Assembly: GCA_902469055.1 (NCBI GenBank)
Contig: CABRBC010000009.1
Location: forward strand, 16,655 to 80,654
DNA: 64,000 nt
DNA from: an uncultured Collinsella sp.
GTDB lineage: Bacteria > Actinomycetota > Coriobacteriia > Coriobacteriales > Coriobacteriaceae
Direction: 5' to 3'
Each line of letters opens with the position of its first letter. The stretch's first letter is position 1. Of this stretch, positions 63,964 to 64,000 are shown piece after piece. Below the pieces are notes generated by a model. That model was not told where the DNA came from and ran no database searches. It saw only the letters and a list, made by a program, of their open reading frames with translations. Both the position numbers and the translations under genes were made by a program.

Positions 63964-64000
63964 TACTCGATCGAGAAGATCACGGGATAGAGCGGCTGCT
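63964..64000 (-). CDS. 3' end of an unidentified upstream gene, partial at the window edge
   Basis: Minus-strand frame ...QPLYPVIFSIE* stays open to the window end. Too short to identify. Confidence 0.25.

Overview
This 64 kb window is high-GC (about 63% by eye), gene-dense chromosomal DNA from a Gram-positive-type bacterium, most likely a high-GC anaerobe. Nearly all genes are on the minus strand, and the core gene order resembles Firmicutes. All calls below were made by reading the six-frame translations and the DNA by eye, with no database searches. Manually derived coordinates may be off by 1-3 nt.

Ordinary core content:
- Translation and tRNA: alaS, ileS with a T-box leader, a tandem pair of tRNA-Glu(CUC), cca, efp, rpmF.
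- Secretion and division: ffh, ftsY, smc, rnc, ftsH, lspA.
- DNA repair: recN, recG, ruvX, rarA, xseB.
- Nucleotide and cofactor metabolism: thyA-folA, nadK, coaD, dgt.
- Conserved clusters: rsmD-coaD-X-yceD-rpmF-plsX-acpP-rnc-smc-ftsY-ffh, and efp-asp23-nusB-xseB-tlyA-nadK-recN.

Accessory content:
- An iron/cobalamin-type ABC importer whose ATPase carries an unexplained C-terminal extension, next to a TetR regulator and a UPF0104-like membrane protein.
- A fructose PTS locus: an RpiR regulator divergent from a fused IIBCA transporter, then ptsH, ptsI and two PfkB-family kinase paralogues. It is split by a 546 bp structured intergenic region.
- A sigma-B-like module: a YtxH-like general stress protein, a truncated anti-sigma factor, a group-3 sigma factor and an AI-2E transporter.
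- An orphan A24 prepilin peptidase beside a processive family-2 glycosyltransferase.
- An iron-ADH-like gene, a DUF523 gene and a MATE exporter.
- A decayed cobO (cob(I)alamin adenosyltransferase) pseudogene.

Most notable signals:
- (a) A DUF134 plus NifX-like fusion protein with a His/Cys-rich tail, preceded by two TGACATATG(T/A)CA palindromes.
- (b) A 152 bp palindrome with perfect 40 bp arms between fruA and ptsH.
- (c) A small inverted-repeat element present in at least two copies.
- (d) An apparent Ile-specific T-box leader upstream of ileS.
- (e) A sigma/anti-sigma pair in which the anti-sigma factor has lost the kinase boxes.

No CRISPR array, integrase, transposase or obvious prophage was seen.
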